Source: Chara braunii
Taxonomy: Eukaryota > Plantae > Charophyceae
DNA length: 63,903 bases
Assembly: GCA_003427395.1 (NCBI GenBank)
Contig: BFEA01000023.1
Coordinates: forward strand, 2,272,790-2,336,692
Direction of reading: 5' to 3'
A model generated the notes under the pieces. It was not told the DNA's origin. It worked only from the letters and a program-made list of their open reading frames with translations, and searched no databases. Position 1 is the first letter of the stretch; each line of letters opens with the position of its first letter. The translations under genes and the position numbers were made by a program. Below, one piece after another: positions 50,845-62,530 of the stretch.

Positions 50845-51373
50845 GACATTCAGACTTTGTGACATTCGGGCATTGCCCAGTTCAGTGACATTACGATTGA
50901 CATGGCATGAGCAGAGACTTTGGGGATACATTGGAGACTGGGTCCGTCAGGCTATGGTGACTGATTATCCCTACCTCTATCTTCCCCCTTCGTCTCCTCT
51001 CCCTCTTTCTGCGTGATGATGTATGCTGTCAGGTCCTGTCATTGTCCATGCTGAGTCAGATCTTGGTATTACAGTCTTCGTCTGTGCTATTTTTGTATTC
51101 TCTCTGAGAGGTCAGTTCTTGAGTTCTGACCGATGCCGATTAGGCATGAGACATCTGGGGTGGGCGCCAATCGCAATTATGGCACACTGCTGAGGCGTAA
51201 CCGGCAATCTGGATCGGCAGGTCAGTTTCTTGCCAGGTCTCGGCAGAATGACGAAAACCACTGATGATCTCGGGCCTAAGGATTGGCTACGTGGTCCTTT
51301 TCTGACCTGAAGACGGGTAGGTTGGAAGGTGCGAACACTGCAAAGTAAAGTACCACTACAGAAGAATGTAGTA

Positions 51374-51487
51374 CCGTCTCCACCGTCTCCACCGGAATAG
51401 AATGCCCTGTCATTATAGCTCTATTTGGGGCAATTTTGAGTTCATATGCAGTGATAATGACTGGGTGTTGTATTCCAGTGAAGACGG
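51374..51487. mobile_element. Hairpin MITE (TA TSD)
   Basis: ta-ccgtctccacc...tattccagtgaagacgg-ta. Confidence 0.8.
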
Positions 51488-51748
51488 TAGTCACAGCCAT
51501 GGGTCCACTTAACCATAGCTGTCTTCTGGCTACGGCTGTGGCAGCCAAGTGCTGGCAGACTGCTTTGTCGCTCTGAGATTATGATAGAAAGCTGTCACTT
51601 GTCTACCTCTCTTTCTCTGGACTAGCCCTCTGTAATGACCCCTATTATTACGCACCAATGAGTATGTATCATGTAATATGTATGTCTTCTTATTTTTGTG
51701 TTAGTGATGTTGGTTTGTGTTGATTTATTTGCTTATTTCATATCAATT

Positions 51749-51892
51749 TTAAAGGGCGACGGTCTTTATAGCATTGTCGTGACCGGCCCCAGGTAACTCA
51801 GAATTGTTTCATTTCATTCATCTAGTTCTCTCTGGATTCAAACCTAGGTCTGCATTTCAACAGTTATGGGTGTTCTAACTGATCTAGGCTCC
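51749..51892 (-). mobile_element. tRNA-derived SINE (degenerate)
   Basis: Homologous to the 21344 and 46841 copies. Confidence 0.65.
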
Positions 51893-54823
51893 TTGGCAGT
51901 GGTTTGTGCTCATGGGTTGTGCTCATGGTTTGCATTCATGGGTTGCGTTTATGGGTTGTTGTTTATGGGTTGCGTTTATGGGTCTTAACTGGATGAAAAC
52001 TTGATTCAAAAGAGAGTTGTGGTTTTTGTGCTTATGGCTAGGCTGTTTTTCTGGGCGTCCGGGCACCCAACTTATGCCCGGGTACACGCCCCGGTGCCCA
52101 GCCGGGCATGACCCCCGGGAAGGCCCAGCGCCCCCCCCCCCAAAAAAAAAAAAATCAAAAAAATCCGGGAAAAAGTATGTTGTGTAGAATTGCAATACAG
52201 ACGTTTTTTGGCTGGGGTCACATTAGAATTCCTCACAGAATATTGGGCGAGAGCTCGCGCTCGCGCTCGCGCCGTTCGGTCAGCGTTCCGCTGCGCTCGC
52301 GCTGCGCCCACCCGTTAGGGGCGTCAAACCAACCATAGCTGAACAGTGTGCCCTCGCCATAGCCTGGCCAGCGTCACGTCACGCTCGCGCCGCGCCCGCC
52401 CAGTATGGGCGTCATATCAAACCATAGCTGAATACCACATCCTCGCCTTACTCTGAAGTGTGACGAACATCAAGTGCGCGCGCCTTGGCCGCACTCGGAT
52501 CTCAAGGAACACATAATAAGACGAGTGCATAAGTGGCGAGGAGGGCATATATGCCCCGTGTAGAGGATGAGCACGTGTGCCCAAGGCAATGCGAACGATA
52601 TCCTTGACACCTTTGAAGATTGAGAGAGAGAGTTCAGGCGACGAAAAGACTCCAGCAGCTCCATGAAGACGAAGACCAGCCCTCTCGAGTGAGAACAACG
52701 CACTAACTCCCGCATCCCGGCCCCTTCCTTTTGGCAACCCCATCCCACCTCCTCCTTACCCAAGTCTCGTCCCTGACCTGACCCCCATAACATCACGCTC
52801 CCCCGCCAATCATATCATCCCAAATCGAGTCCATATTCACCCCCCTCTGTTCCTTTCGACCCAAGCACGTCCTGACTACATCGCCTTCCCAACCCCCTTC
52901 CAGCGTCAATCTAACTCCCATCACTTGCTAGAGATCGAATAGACATATCTTCTCTCCCCAATCTGTCCCAACTCATCTCCTCCTCCGCCTCCAACCTCAC
53001 CTCAACTTCTCCAACTTCGCCACCTGGCCCGAATCATTTCGGCTTGCGCCCAACTTTTGTGTAAACATCCATCCTAAACCCACCTACCCCGATAGTGACA
53101 CAACAGTGATATACCCCAGTCGTCACTATAGTCACGTACCCCCACCGTCATCTCATAGTCTGCTATAATCATCCCCGGTTGTTTGGTTCATCCACCACTC
53201 CCTTCCTCTCTCGCCGGATCCAATAGAAAACCGGTCCCCAAGAAGGGAGGGCAAACGCCGCCCAACTAGCATCTCCACCACCGACGAGGTGATAGTCCAA
53301 ACAAAAACTTATACCGTCCATGACTGTCGGCTTCTCCTCCATTCAAGCCGCAGTAAGGGCATTCCCGGCGAAACAGACAACCCAAGCCGTGTCTCCCAAG
53401 CTACAACCTTGACACGCCCCCTTCCATATAGTAACCATCAGCACGCCCCCGTCCATCAAATACTCGTCCTAGTTGAAAATCCCGACCATCTTCGACCCAA
53501 CCACACACTCCTCTTCCAACCTTCCCCGTCACCCTACCACTCGCCTCAATTAACAATTCGACCCCTTTTACCCCCAACCCGGACTTCAACACCGATCCCA
53601 ATCCGATTCCCTCTCTCCTCCTCGTCACCCATCCCCAACCCCGATCCCAACAGCGACGACTACCTCCTTGTTTATCTCTTCCNNNNNNNNNNNNNNNNNN
53701 NNNNNNNNNNNNNNNNNNNNNNNNNNNNNNNNNNNNNNNNNNNNNNNNNNNNNNNNNNNNNNNNNNNNNNNNNNNNNNNNNNNNNNNNNNNNNNNNNNNN
53801 NNNNNNNNNNNNNNNNNNNNNNNNNNNNNNNNNNNNNNNNNNNNNNNNNNNNNNNNNNNNNNNNNNNNNNNNNNNNNNNNNNNNNNNNNNNNNNNNNNNN
53901 NNNNNNNNNNNNNNNNNNNNNNNNNNNNNNNNNNNNNNNNNNNNNNNNNNNNNNNNNNNNNNNNNNNNNNNNNNNNNNNNNNNNNNNNNNNNNNNNNNNN
54001 NNNNNNNNNNNNNNNNNNNNNNNNNNNNNNNNNNNNNNNNNNNNNNNNNNNNNNNNNNNNNNNNNNNNNNNNNNNNNNNNNNNNNNNNNNNNNNNNNNNN
54101 NNNNNNNNNNNNNNNNNNNNNNNNNNNCCGATCCGATCCAATCCCGTTCACACTCCGATCCCAACCCATCTTCGAACCACACTCACCTTACCCCCACTCC
54201 TCTCTCTCCTCGATCTCATCCCGAANGCAAACTGGCCTCACCCCATCCTTTCTCTACCCNTTCCCGATCCCAACTCGATCTTATCTCTAATATATCCCAA
54301 CCCCACTCCTGCCTCAATCCCACCCGATTCAACCCCGATCCCATCCCGATCCCAATCCGTACCCATACCGCCCCAGCTCAATTCTCAATATCTGACACAA
54401 ACCAGCTCCTACCCCCCCTACTCCCACTCTCCTCCTATCCAGACATCAGTCCGACTCCCACCCCGTCCCCGACGTGCATCTGCCCCCCCACATCGTCCTC
54501 TCCTAGACCCCACTCCGAACGTAACACTCCTCCCCCGATCCCTCCCCATCTCTCACAGTATTGATCTCATACCACCCCACTCACGGGATTCCAACTCCAA
54601 TCCCAGATTTTACCCCCCGCACGCTTCCTTTCCTAACACCACCCGGATCCAAATCGCCAATCAAGGTTGGTCTCGTTGCGTGCTGATCACGGTCAGAATC
54701 CCAAGTCTTCTCCTGAATCAGGGGGACTGTCCCCTCCAACCCGTAATAGAGGCTCTTATCACAGTCCAAGGGGAACGGGTAAGATAGGTGATAGAACACT
54801 GACCAGTTTTGTCTTCTATCAGC

Positions 54824-57601
54824 ATGGCATCGCCGCTCCTCAACCCGATCCAAGCTAGTCAAGGAACGGGGGAAAGCAACAACCGCGTTATTGACAATGA
54901 AGCACTTAAGTTCCTAATAGAGAAAACCAAAGTCCAAGGAGAGCAAATCACAAAGATTCAAAAGATCGAAGGCAAAGAAGAAGAAGTTATCATTTGGAAG
55001 TATCCGGAAGAAAAGGTGGCAGCACTGGATGATTTGCACGAGAGGCATGGCGTGGTTTTCAACTTTGCACGGAATGGAGCAAACCTCCAACCACCTGAGA
55101 AAAGGAAGTGGATCATAGAAGTAATCAAGAAGGAATTGAATCTCAAACAATCCGGTGAGACATTCACACTGCAGATTCTGGGTTGGAACAACATCATGGC
55201 ACTCTTCATACGAGAGGAACATGCGAAAACAGCAGCAAAATTACAGTTCAGGAACTGTCATGGTTCGGTTTGCACAATCAGCAAATGGAAAAAACTGTCT
55301 TCCCAGAAGCAGAGTCAGACATTCGCGGTCTCGTACAAGCAGGCACTTTTAAAAGAAAATTTCTTGGTGCAATTTGACAATGTGCAACCGGGGCTGCATG
55401 GACTGCTAGTAGACAAATTAGAAAGGCAATATCCGGCAAACAGAATCCTGAAATGGGTGCTCCCCACACCGGATTTTCTAGCCCCGCACTGTGGATCCAT
55501 GACGGCAGTGATTGAGGTGAAGACAGACAATCCTCCGATCTTCCCACAGACCTGGAAATTCCAGATTGAAAGCAGATCAGTGGAAGTCAAAGTGTCCACC
55601 AAATCCTCCCCGATCTGCTTCCGCTGCAGAGAAAGAGGCCACATGGGATCAGACCCGAACTGCCCCAAGTATCCGAACCAACCAAGAGAATGAAAGCTCC
55701 TCCCCAACATGTTGGTGGAGGTGGAGGATGCCCCGGGCATTTGGTTTATTCCGGACAGCAATTACAACGGGTGGGTCTTCGACGACAATCTGGAGGCTCC
55801 GAACTGGGTGTGGCATTACGCCGATCAAGATCCAGAAGTTAAGAAACCCAATGTTTTCCCCCCGGCTGACAGCAGATGGCAAAAAAGAGCCACAGGGAAG
55901 ATATCAGGCAACCCGTCGAAAATCACTACTGACCCACTGATCGATTCACGGGTTATCAAGGAAGAAAAGGATAGAGAAGACTTGTTATGGGACCTGGAAG
56001 CAGTGAAAGAACAGGCAATACTTCACTTCAACAAAGACTCGACAGAATTCAGAAGCATGCTCTCCAAGATGGAGCAAACAGCANCTCATANCAGAACAGG
56101 GGCTCAAANAGACAACAAAAGGACAATGGAAAAGGGAAAGACACAAGGGATTCAGGAAGGGGGCCCAAAGAGGAGGAAGACAGTGGATGTTCAAGAGGAG
56201 GTGGTAACTCTCCCAGCTGACAAAGAAGGAGAGGAGGGGAGAACANAATCGGGAGGAACTGGGTCTGAGAAATCGAGTGAGAGCGGCAAAGGGNAAGGGG
56301 ACAATAAGGTATCGGAAAGTGAAGGGGATTCCCACAGATCTCTACAGTGGCTCAGGTACTATGTAGAGAAGGTGAAGAGGGAGAGGGAACAGGCCTTTGA
56401 CATCCGTGCAGCCTGTCTCAAACATGCAGAAAAATCTCAGNGAAATGGCAAGAAAGGGATGNGCGAAGTTGGGAAATCAACCNATCAGTTTGATGTTCTN
56501 AGGNAAGTGAAAGCGGAAGAACTATCGGAATACACAACATTCAGNTATGNAGAAAAGAAGAGAGCAAGGGAACAGGGAGTGAAAGANANAGATAGAACAA
56601 CTCCAGAATCAAAGGATGATTTCCAAGATCTGCGCCCAAAGAAGTGGAAATCCGGGCAAAATCAGAAGAAGAGGAACCCGAACATGACTCAGCCCGAATT
56701 GGAGGAAGAATCAGCACGCACACAGCTGGAAAAGGAAGNGGCCGTGGTAATCGCACAAACAGCGAAGCTGAACAAANTGAATGAGGAATACTCNACAGAA
56801 TTCACAACAATCGCACACATTGCCAGNGACCAGNCTCCTTTGGTGGTAGAGACAGCCAAATCATCAAGACTGACACTGATGAACATCCGCCCCTTGATTG
56901 CTGCAAGATATGTAGAAAAAATTGAGGAGTGGCAGATTGCAACAGATGTGTCCTTTCAGATTCCATGCTTTGAGGAAGGGCAAAATGTAGCTACCACACT
57001 CCGCGAGAAGATATCCACGGATTATCCATTGGGGGTCTATGATACCATGCCAAGCAACCCAGATCAGGAGGATGCACTTTCTCAACCAGAACTTGAGGAA
57101 GCAACTCAACATCACTCAGAGCATAGTAGACATTCACCGCAGGCTTTTTCACCTCTGATAGTCAAGCTGTCAAACAAAGCAATTCTGACTTCAGGGATGA
57201 AATGGAGACCATGGAGAACAATTCAAGCTGTACCCTATAGTGTCTTGGCAGGCTCGAGCCTACCGGCTGAATTGGCAGCAGTCTCATTGGCTCAATTGGT
57301 AACTTCAGGTATGTTGGAGGGAGATGGGGACTTAGATGCAAGGGCATATCCGGTGGACTGGGAAAGGTTTTATAGGAGTGACGAATCCGAGGGGGAGGAC
57401 CAGGCATGGCATTCAGATGATGAGAAGGAAGAAGAGGACCAGGAGGATGCAATGGACTCAGACAATGAGGACAGTGAAGAGTTGTTTGTGGTCCCCAGAC
57501 AGGAGATGGATAAGATGATTAGTGTAGGACAGCCTACGACTGACTCCCAAGGGGGGGAGGGGCCGTTGGACATGGACACAGGGGGGGGTGCACCTTCGTA
57601 G
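54824..57601 (+). pseudogene. LINE ORF1 (~925 codons, one in-frame TGA at 55691)
   Basis: ORFs 54809-55693 and 55709-57601 share a frame; zinc knuckle CFRCRERGHMGSDPNC. Confidence 0.8.
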
Positions 57602-60600
57602 AGCTTTCATTAAACTACAATTATACCGCTCTAACCTGACAGTAATCAGAGGATGGAGAGTTTCAGGAAGAAGGCCAACGAGAGGGAAGCCCGGAGGGGC
57701 TGGAAAGACCAAGGAATCGTCATCAGGTCATGGAACGTGAATGGTTTGGGAAATATCATAGACAAAGAAGAAAAGTGGAATGACATAATCCAAGGTTTAA
57801 CAGTCAAAAACAAAACGCCTGCAGACATAATAATGCTACAAGAAACTCATCTCTCCTTTTCAACAGAACACAATAAAATCAGAAAAATTGTGGCAAGGAA
57901 ATTGGGAGGGGTCAAAGATGAAATATGGGCGGCAGACAATGCATCAAGCACCAAAGGCACAACTATCTTAATCCCCAACTCCTCACGCATATACAAGGCA
58001 GGAAGTGTGATGATCGAGGAAGCAGACCCCCAGGAGGGCAGATGGTGCTCCATGCATATTAAATGGAAAGAGGAAGAAATTCTCCTCCTCAGTATCTACG
58101 CCCCAAACAACGCAACTGAAAGAACGTCCTCCTGTCAGAGCTGGGGTCAAAGATTCCACCGCTGACACCGTGCACAGTAGCAGGCGACTGGAATACAACC
58201 TTAGACCCAGCAACGAACCGCATATCCAGATCCTCCAACATATACAACTCTCAAGAGGCAATACCGGTCCAGAGATTGATGGTGGATCACGAACTAATAG
58301 ACCCTTTCAAAACCTTCCACCCGTCGTCGAGAGCATTCACACTGATCAAGAAAAGCCATGCGCAACATACAGCCTTCTCACGAATAGACTATTTCCTGAT
58401 CTCAGGCACAATGATGGGAGCGGTGAAAGAAGCGGAGATCCTACCTCTAGCACCCTACCCAGGACTGGATCATAAACCTATTGAGCTCACGTTGTGCTTT
58501 GAGCAACAAGTGAGGAAAGGGGCCAGCTTTCACAAACTGAACAACTCACTCCTGCTAAGCCAAACCTTTCAAGAAGGAATACGGGAATACTGGAAAGAGA
58601 GGGGTATGTGCCGCCTTCCCACTCAAGACCGATGGGGATGGTTTGTAGAGAGTTACTCGCTACTGGCGGAGGCAGCAGCCGACATGTCAAGGAAACTGGC
58701 CTCTATAAGAAAGCAGAGAAAACAAAGTCTGGAAAAGGCCCTGAAGATAGCAGAATACAACCTGAGGGATAACCCGTCTTCAACACTATATGCGGACATA
58801 TTTGAGAAAGCACGGGAAGAGCTAGCGATGTGGAGGTGGTGGGAGTTGAAAGGCATGCAGATAAGACCCAGGATGTGCGAGTATGATCTCAATGAATCAA
58901 TGACGAAACACTTCTTTGCCCGAATTAAAGCCAATGCAAAGAGCGGCCGCAATAGAAAAACTGAAGAGTCTTAGCAACCCAGAGATATCAGAGGAAACCA
59001 GCGAAGGGATTTTGGGAATAGCCAAAGAGTTTTACCAGGATCTGTACCAGACTAAAACCCAAACACCCACGTCAAGTAATACATTGGAAGCGAGTCAGAG
59101 AATGTTACAATATTTGGAACAAACGATATCATCGGAACAATCAGAAGAGCTGGACAAGCCCCTTTCGTTGGAGGAGCTAAACCAAGCTCTCAAGAGCATG
59201 AACAATGATAAAGCACCAGGTATTGATGGTTTGACAAGAGAGTTCTGGGAAAAATTNTGGCCAAACCTAGGGGGGGACCTGTTGAACTTCTACAGAGATA
59301 GCTTTGAGAAAGGGGGTTTAGGCAGTCTGCTGAGTAGCNGCGTAGTAACACTACTGTATAAGAAGGGAGNCAAGGAAGACATAAGGAACTATAGACCTAT
59401 CTCCTTACTAACTCTCCCTTACAAAATCCTGGCCAAGACCCTGGCTGCCAGAATCACGAAAATAACTGATAANNNNNNNNNNNNNNNNNNNNNNNNNNNN
59501 NNNNNNNNNNNNNNNNNNNNNNNNNNNNNNNNNNNNNNNNNNNNNNNNNNNNNNNNNNNNNNNNNNNNNNNNNNNNNNNNNNNNNNNNNNNNNNNNNNNN
59601 NNNNNNNNNNNNNNNNNNNNNNNNNNNNNNNNNNNNNNNNNNNNNNNNNNNNNNNNNNNNNNNNNNNNNNNNNNNNNNNNNNNNNNNNNNNNNNNNNNNN
59701 NNNNNNNNNNNNNNNNNNNNNNNNNNNNNNNNNNNNNNNNNNNNNNNNNNNNNNNNNNNNNNNNNNNNNNNNNNNNNNNNNNNNNNNNNNNNNNNNNNNN
59801 NNNNNNNNNNNNNNNNNNNNNNNNNNNNNNNNNNNNNNNNNNNNNNNNNNNNNNNNNNNNNNNNNNNNNNNNNNNNNNNNNNNNNNNNNNNNNNNNNNNN
59901 NNNNNNNNNNNNNNNNNNNNNNNNNNNNNNNNNNNNNNNNNNNNNNNNNNNNNNNNNNNNNNNNNNNNNNNNNNNNNNNNNNNNNNNNNNNNNNNNNNNN
60001 NNNNNNNNNNNNNNNNNNNNNNNNNNNNNNNNNNNNNNNNNNNNNNNNNNNNNNNNNNNNNNNNNNNAACCTGCAAGGACCAGAGGCTGACATGTCCTGG
60101 GATACGCCAGAAACACCCACCCGATATCTAGGCATCCTCATATCACGTGAGGGCCTGGCACCACAGATGGCCCAGAACATGTTAGCCAAACAGTTAAACA
60201 AACTGGGTAGATGGGGAAACACATTCACCTCACTGATTGGTCGTGCATTGGTACTGAACACTTCTATCTTCTCCATGATGTGGTACATTGCATCGGTCTG
60301 GACAATCCCGGACGAATCACTAAAGGAACTTAATCGAGTGGCCAGGACGTATTTATGGACAGGCAACCCCAACAAGGAAGGTTGTATCCCAAAGATAGCA
60401 TGGCATTACATTACAAGAAGACCGACACAAGGGGGTCTAGGAATCATCGAACCGAGGTGTTGAAACGAGAGCGCTTCAAGTTAAATGGATAGTCCGATTG
60501 TTGACTAAACCAGAAACAGCTTGGAATAAATTGGCCCTGGATAGCATAAGGGCCCTAGCGCCGGTGGCATCGCCAAATAACATGACAGGGCTATTCTGGG

Positions 60601-61159
60601 TAATGAATAAGGAATGGTCCTTAAAAAGGGCGAGACGAAGACCCAGGGGGGAGGCAGAAAGGAATACAGACAATCGCCAAACACCTTACTGGCATCTCTA
60701 ATTCAGATTTGGAGGGAAATAATGCCAAAAAAGACCAACAGACCAAAATTTAAGGACGAGGTACTAAGGCAGCCACTCTTCGGAAATGAATGGTTGAAGG
60801 GCGAGAGTGATGAACCCCTGTTTCTAGACCACAAATGGCAATCACGGGTAAAAAATGGAGTCTGGACAATCAGCCACTTGTGGAATGAAGAAAAGAAAGA
60901 ATGGGTCTCCGAACAAGAGCTAAGAGAACGTTTGAAGGGATGCCATAGAAGAGAACTCAACCTGCAGTACATTATTAATCTCATCCCTCAGGATTGGAAA
61001 GATATGCTAAAACAAGGAAGACAAAACTCTCGACTGAAGTCCAAGGAATTTTGCCCCAGTAATCCGTTTGAACGTTTGAATACATTCTACTCATATTTCA
61101 ATTCACAAGTATTACATAAATCCTAAGTCTCCAATTAAGTGGGGCTTATTAGAGAATCC

Positions 61160-61292
61160 ACTTCCAAAAAACGAAATTATGTTTTCGTCGGAATTTGCCA
61201 CTCCAAGAATGATGAAACTAATATCCATTTTGTTTAGTGCTATAGGCGCATTTTTGGCGTATTGTGTTAATTTTTGTGCAAATCAATTTATA
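61160..61292 (+). pseudogene. nad5: NUMT: nad5 fragment
   Basis: LPKNEIMFSSEFATPRMMKLISILFSAIGAFLAYCVNFCANQF. Confidence 0.85.
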
Positions 61293-61515
61293 AGTGAAGA
61301 ACTCGCTGCGAAGACTCAAACTCGTCGTGAAAGGGGATCCCTGGGAATAGCCAGCCCTTGGTTGAACCCCGACCTTGTCTCTGATACGCAGCTGAACGGA
61401 ATACTCGTAGATACGGGCGCCTTCGGCCTATCTATATAGAGACTCAAACGACGCCTACGTGCTTACCCGAGCAACGCAGGCTTTGAGTCTGGACAAAGAA
61501 GAAAGAAAAATCAGA

Positions 61516-61608
61516 ATGCGAGAATTCGTTCTATTTGGCATTTTACTATTCAGTGTGCTAAGTTCAAAACAAATTTTACTTTATAATGAAGAAATTCTAG
61601 TAGCTTTT
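61516..61608 (+). pseudogene. atp4: NUMT: atp4 (orf25/ymf39) 5' fragment
   Basis: MREFVLFGILLFSVLSSKQILLYNEEILVA. Confidence 0.85.
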
Positions 61609-61851
61609 TCCATACTTAGGGGGCGATTTGGTTATTATTTGGAAGTCTTTAATTTAATTTAAATTCAATAGATTCCGCGACTGTATTTATTGAATTGATT
61701 GTAATTGTTAATTGAAACCACAATAAATAATAGTAAATAACTCTTACTCGAATGAAATGAATACTATCGATTGAGGCGAAGTGGCGCAGTCTGCGACATA
61801 TAAATGCATCACTAGTGTCTCAAAATCAATTGAGCGAGCTCACAGGTAGGC

Positions 61852-61944
61852 TTTCTGTTTTTATATATTTGGGTTGGTGCAACATTTCCACGATATCGTT
61901 ATGATCAATTAATGAGACTTGGCTGGAAAGTCTTCTTGCCTCTT
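61852..61944 (+). pseudogene. nad1: NUMT: nad1 3' fragment
   Basis: [31 protein letters not shown]. Confidence 0.92.
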
Positions 61945-62001
61945 TTTTAGGCGCCTTTCTTAAGCGGAAATGGGCCACTTGTTTTGGTTTGGGTAAATTT
62001 C

Positions 62002-62191
62002 AATAGTGCCACGAATTCGAAAAGTAATAACAAGAATAGCGAGCCCAATAGCAGATTCTGCAGCAGCTACAGTTAATACGAATAAAGCAAATAATTGACC
62101 CATCATGTCATCTAGATAAACAGAAAAGACTAAAAAGTTCAAATTGACAGCAAGTAACATTAACTCAATTGACATTAACATAGTAAGGATA
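62002..62191 (-). pseudogene. nad4L: NUMT: nad4L fragment
   Basis: [60 protein letters not shown]. Confidence 0.95.
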
Positions 62192-62406
62192 TCCAAGTTA
62201 CAAATCTGTTTGGCCAAACAATCAGGTCCATTCACACTGAGAATCCAATCTTTCTCATATCAAACCTAATAGACTCGGTCGATAGAGAGGGCAACCGCCG
62301 CAGGTTGCGGACAAAAAGGATCACTGCGAAGATCCGGCGGCGATCGGAGAGCAGCCTTCAAGACGCACCTTCGGCCCTCGCGTTCGTCGGCTCGCCAGAG
62401 TCATTT

Positions 62407-62530
62407 TAATGGTAATTGATTATTTGAATTTGTAAAAACGCTATAAATAGAGAAATCAGAAGAAACATAACAAAACAAAAAGCTAAAAAAATAGATGGTT
62501 AAAACGAGAAAGTAAAGTGAACAAAAAAAG
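62407..62530 (-). pseudogene. ccmFN: NUMT: ccmFN fragment
   Basis: [27 protein letters not shown] resembles CcmFN just upstream of the W-x-x-H-E-G-S motif. Confidence 0.7.

Noticed and set aside
51237-51310. Candidate last DnaJ exon encoding GPKDWLRGPFLT*
   Set aside because: The acceptor phase (1) is incompatible with the phase-2 donor of exon 10; the final exon is left unresolved
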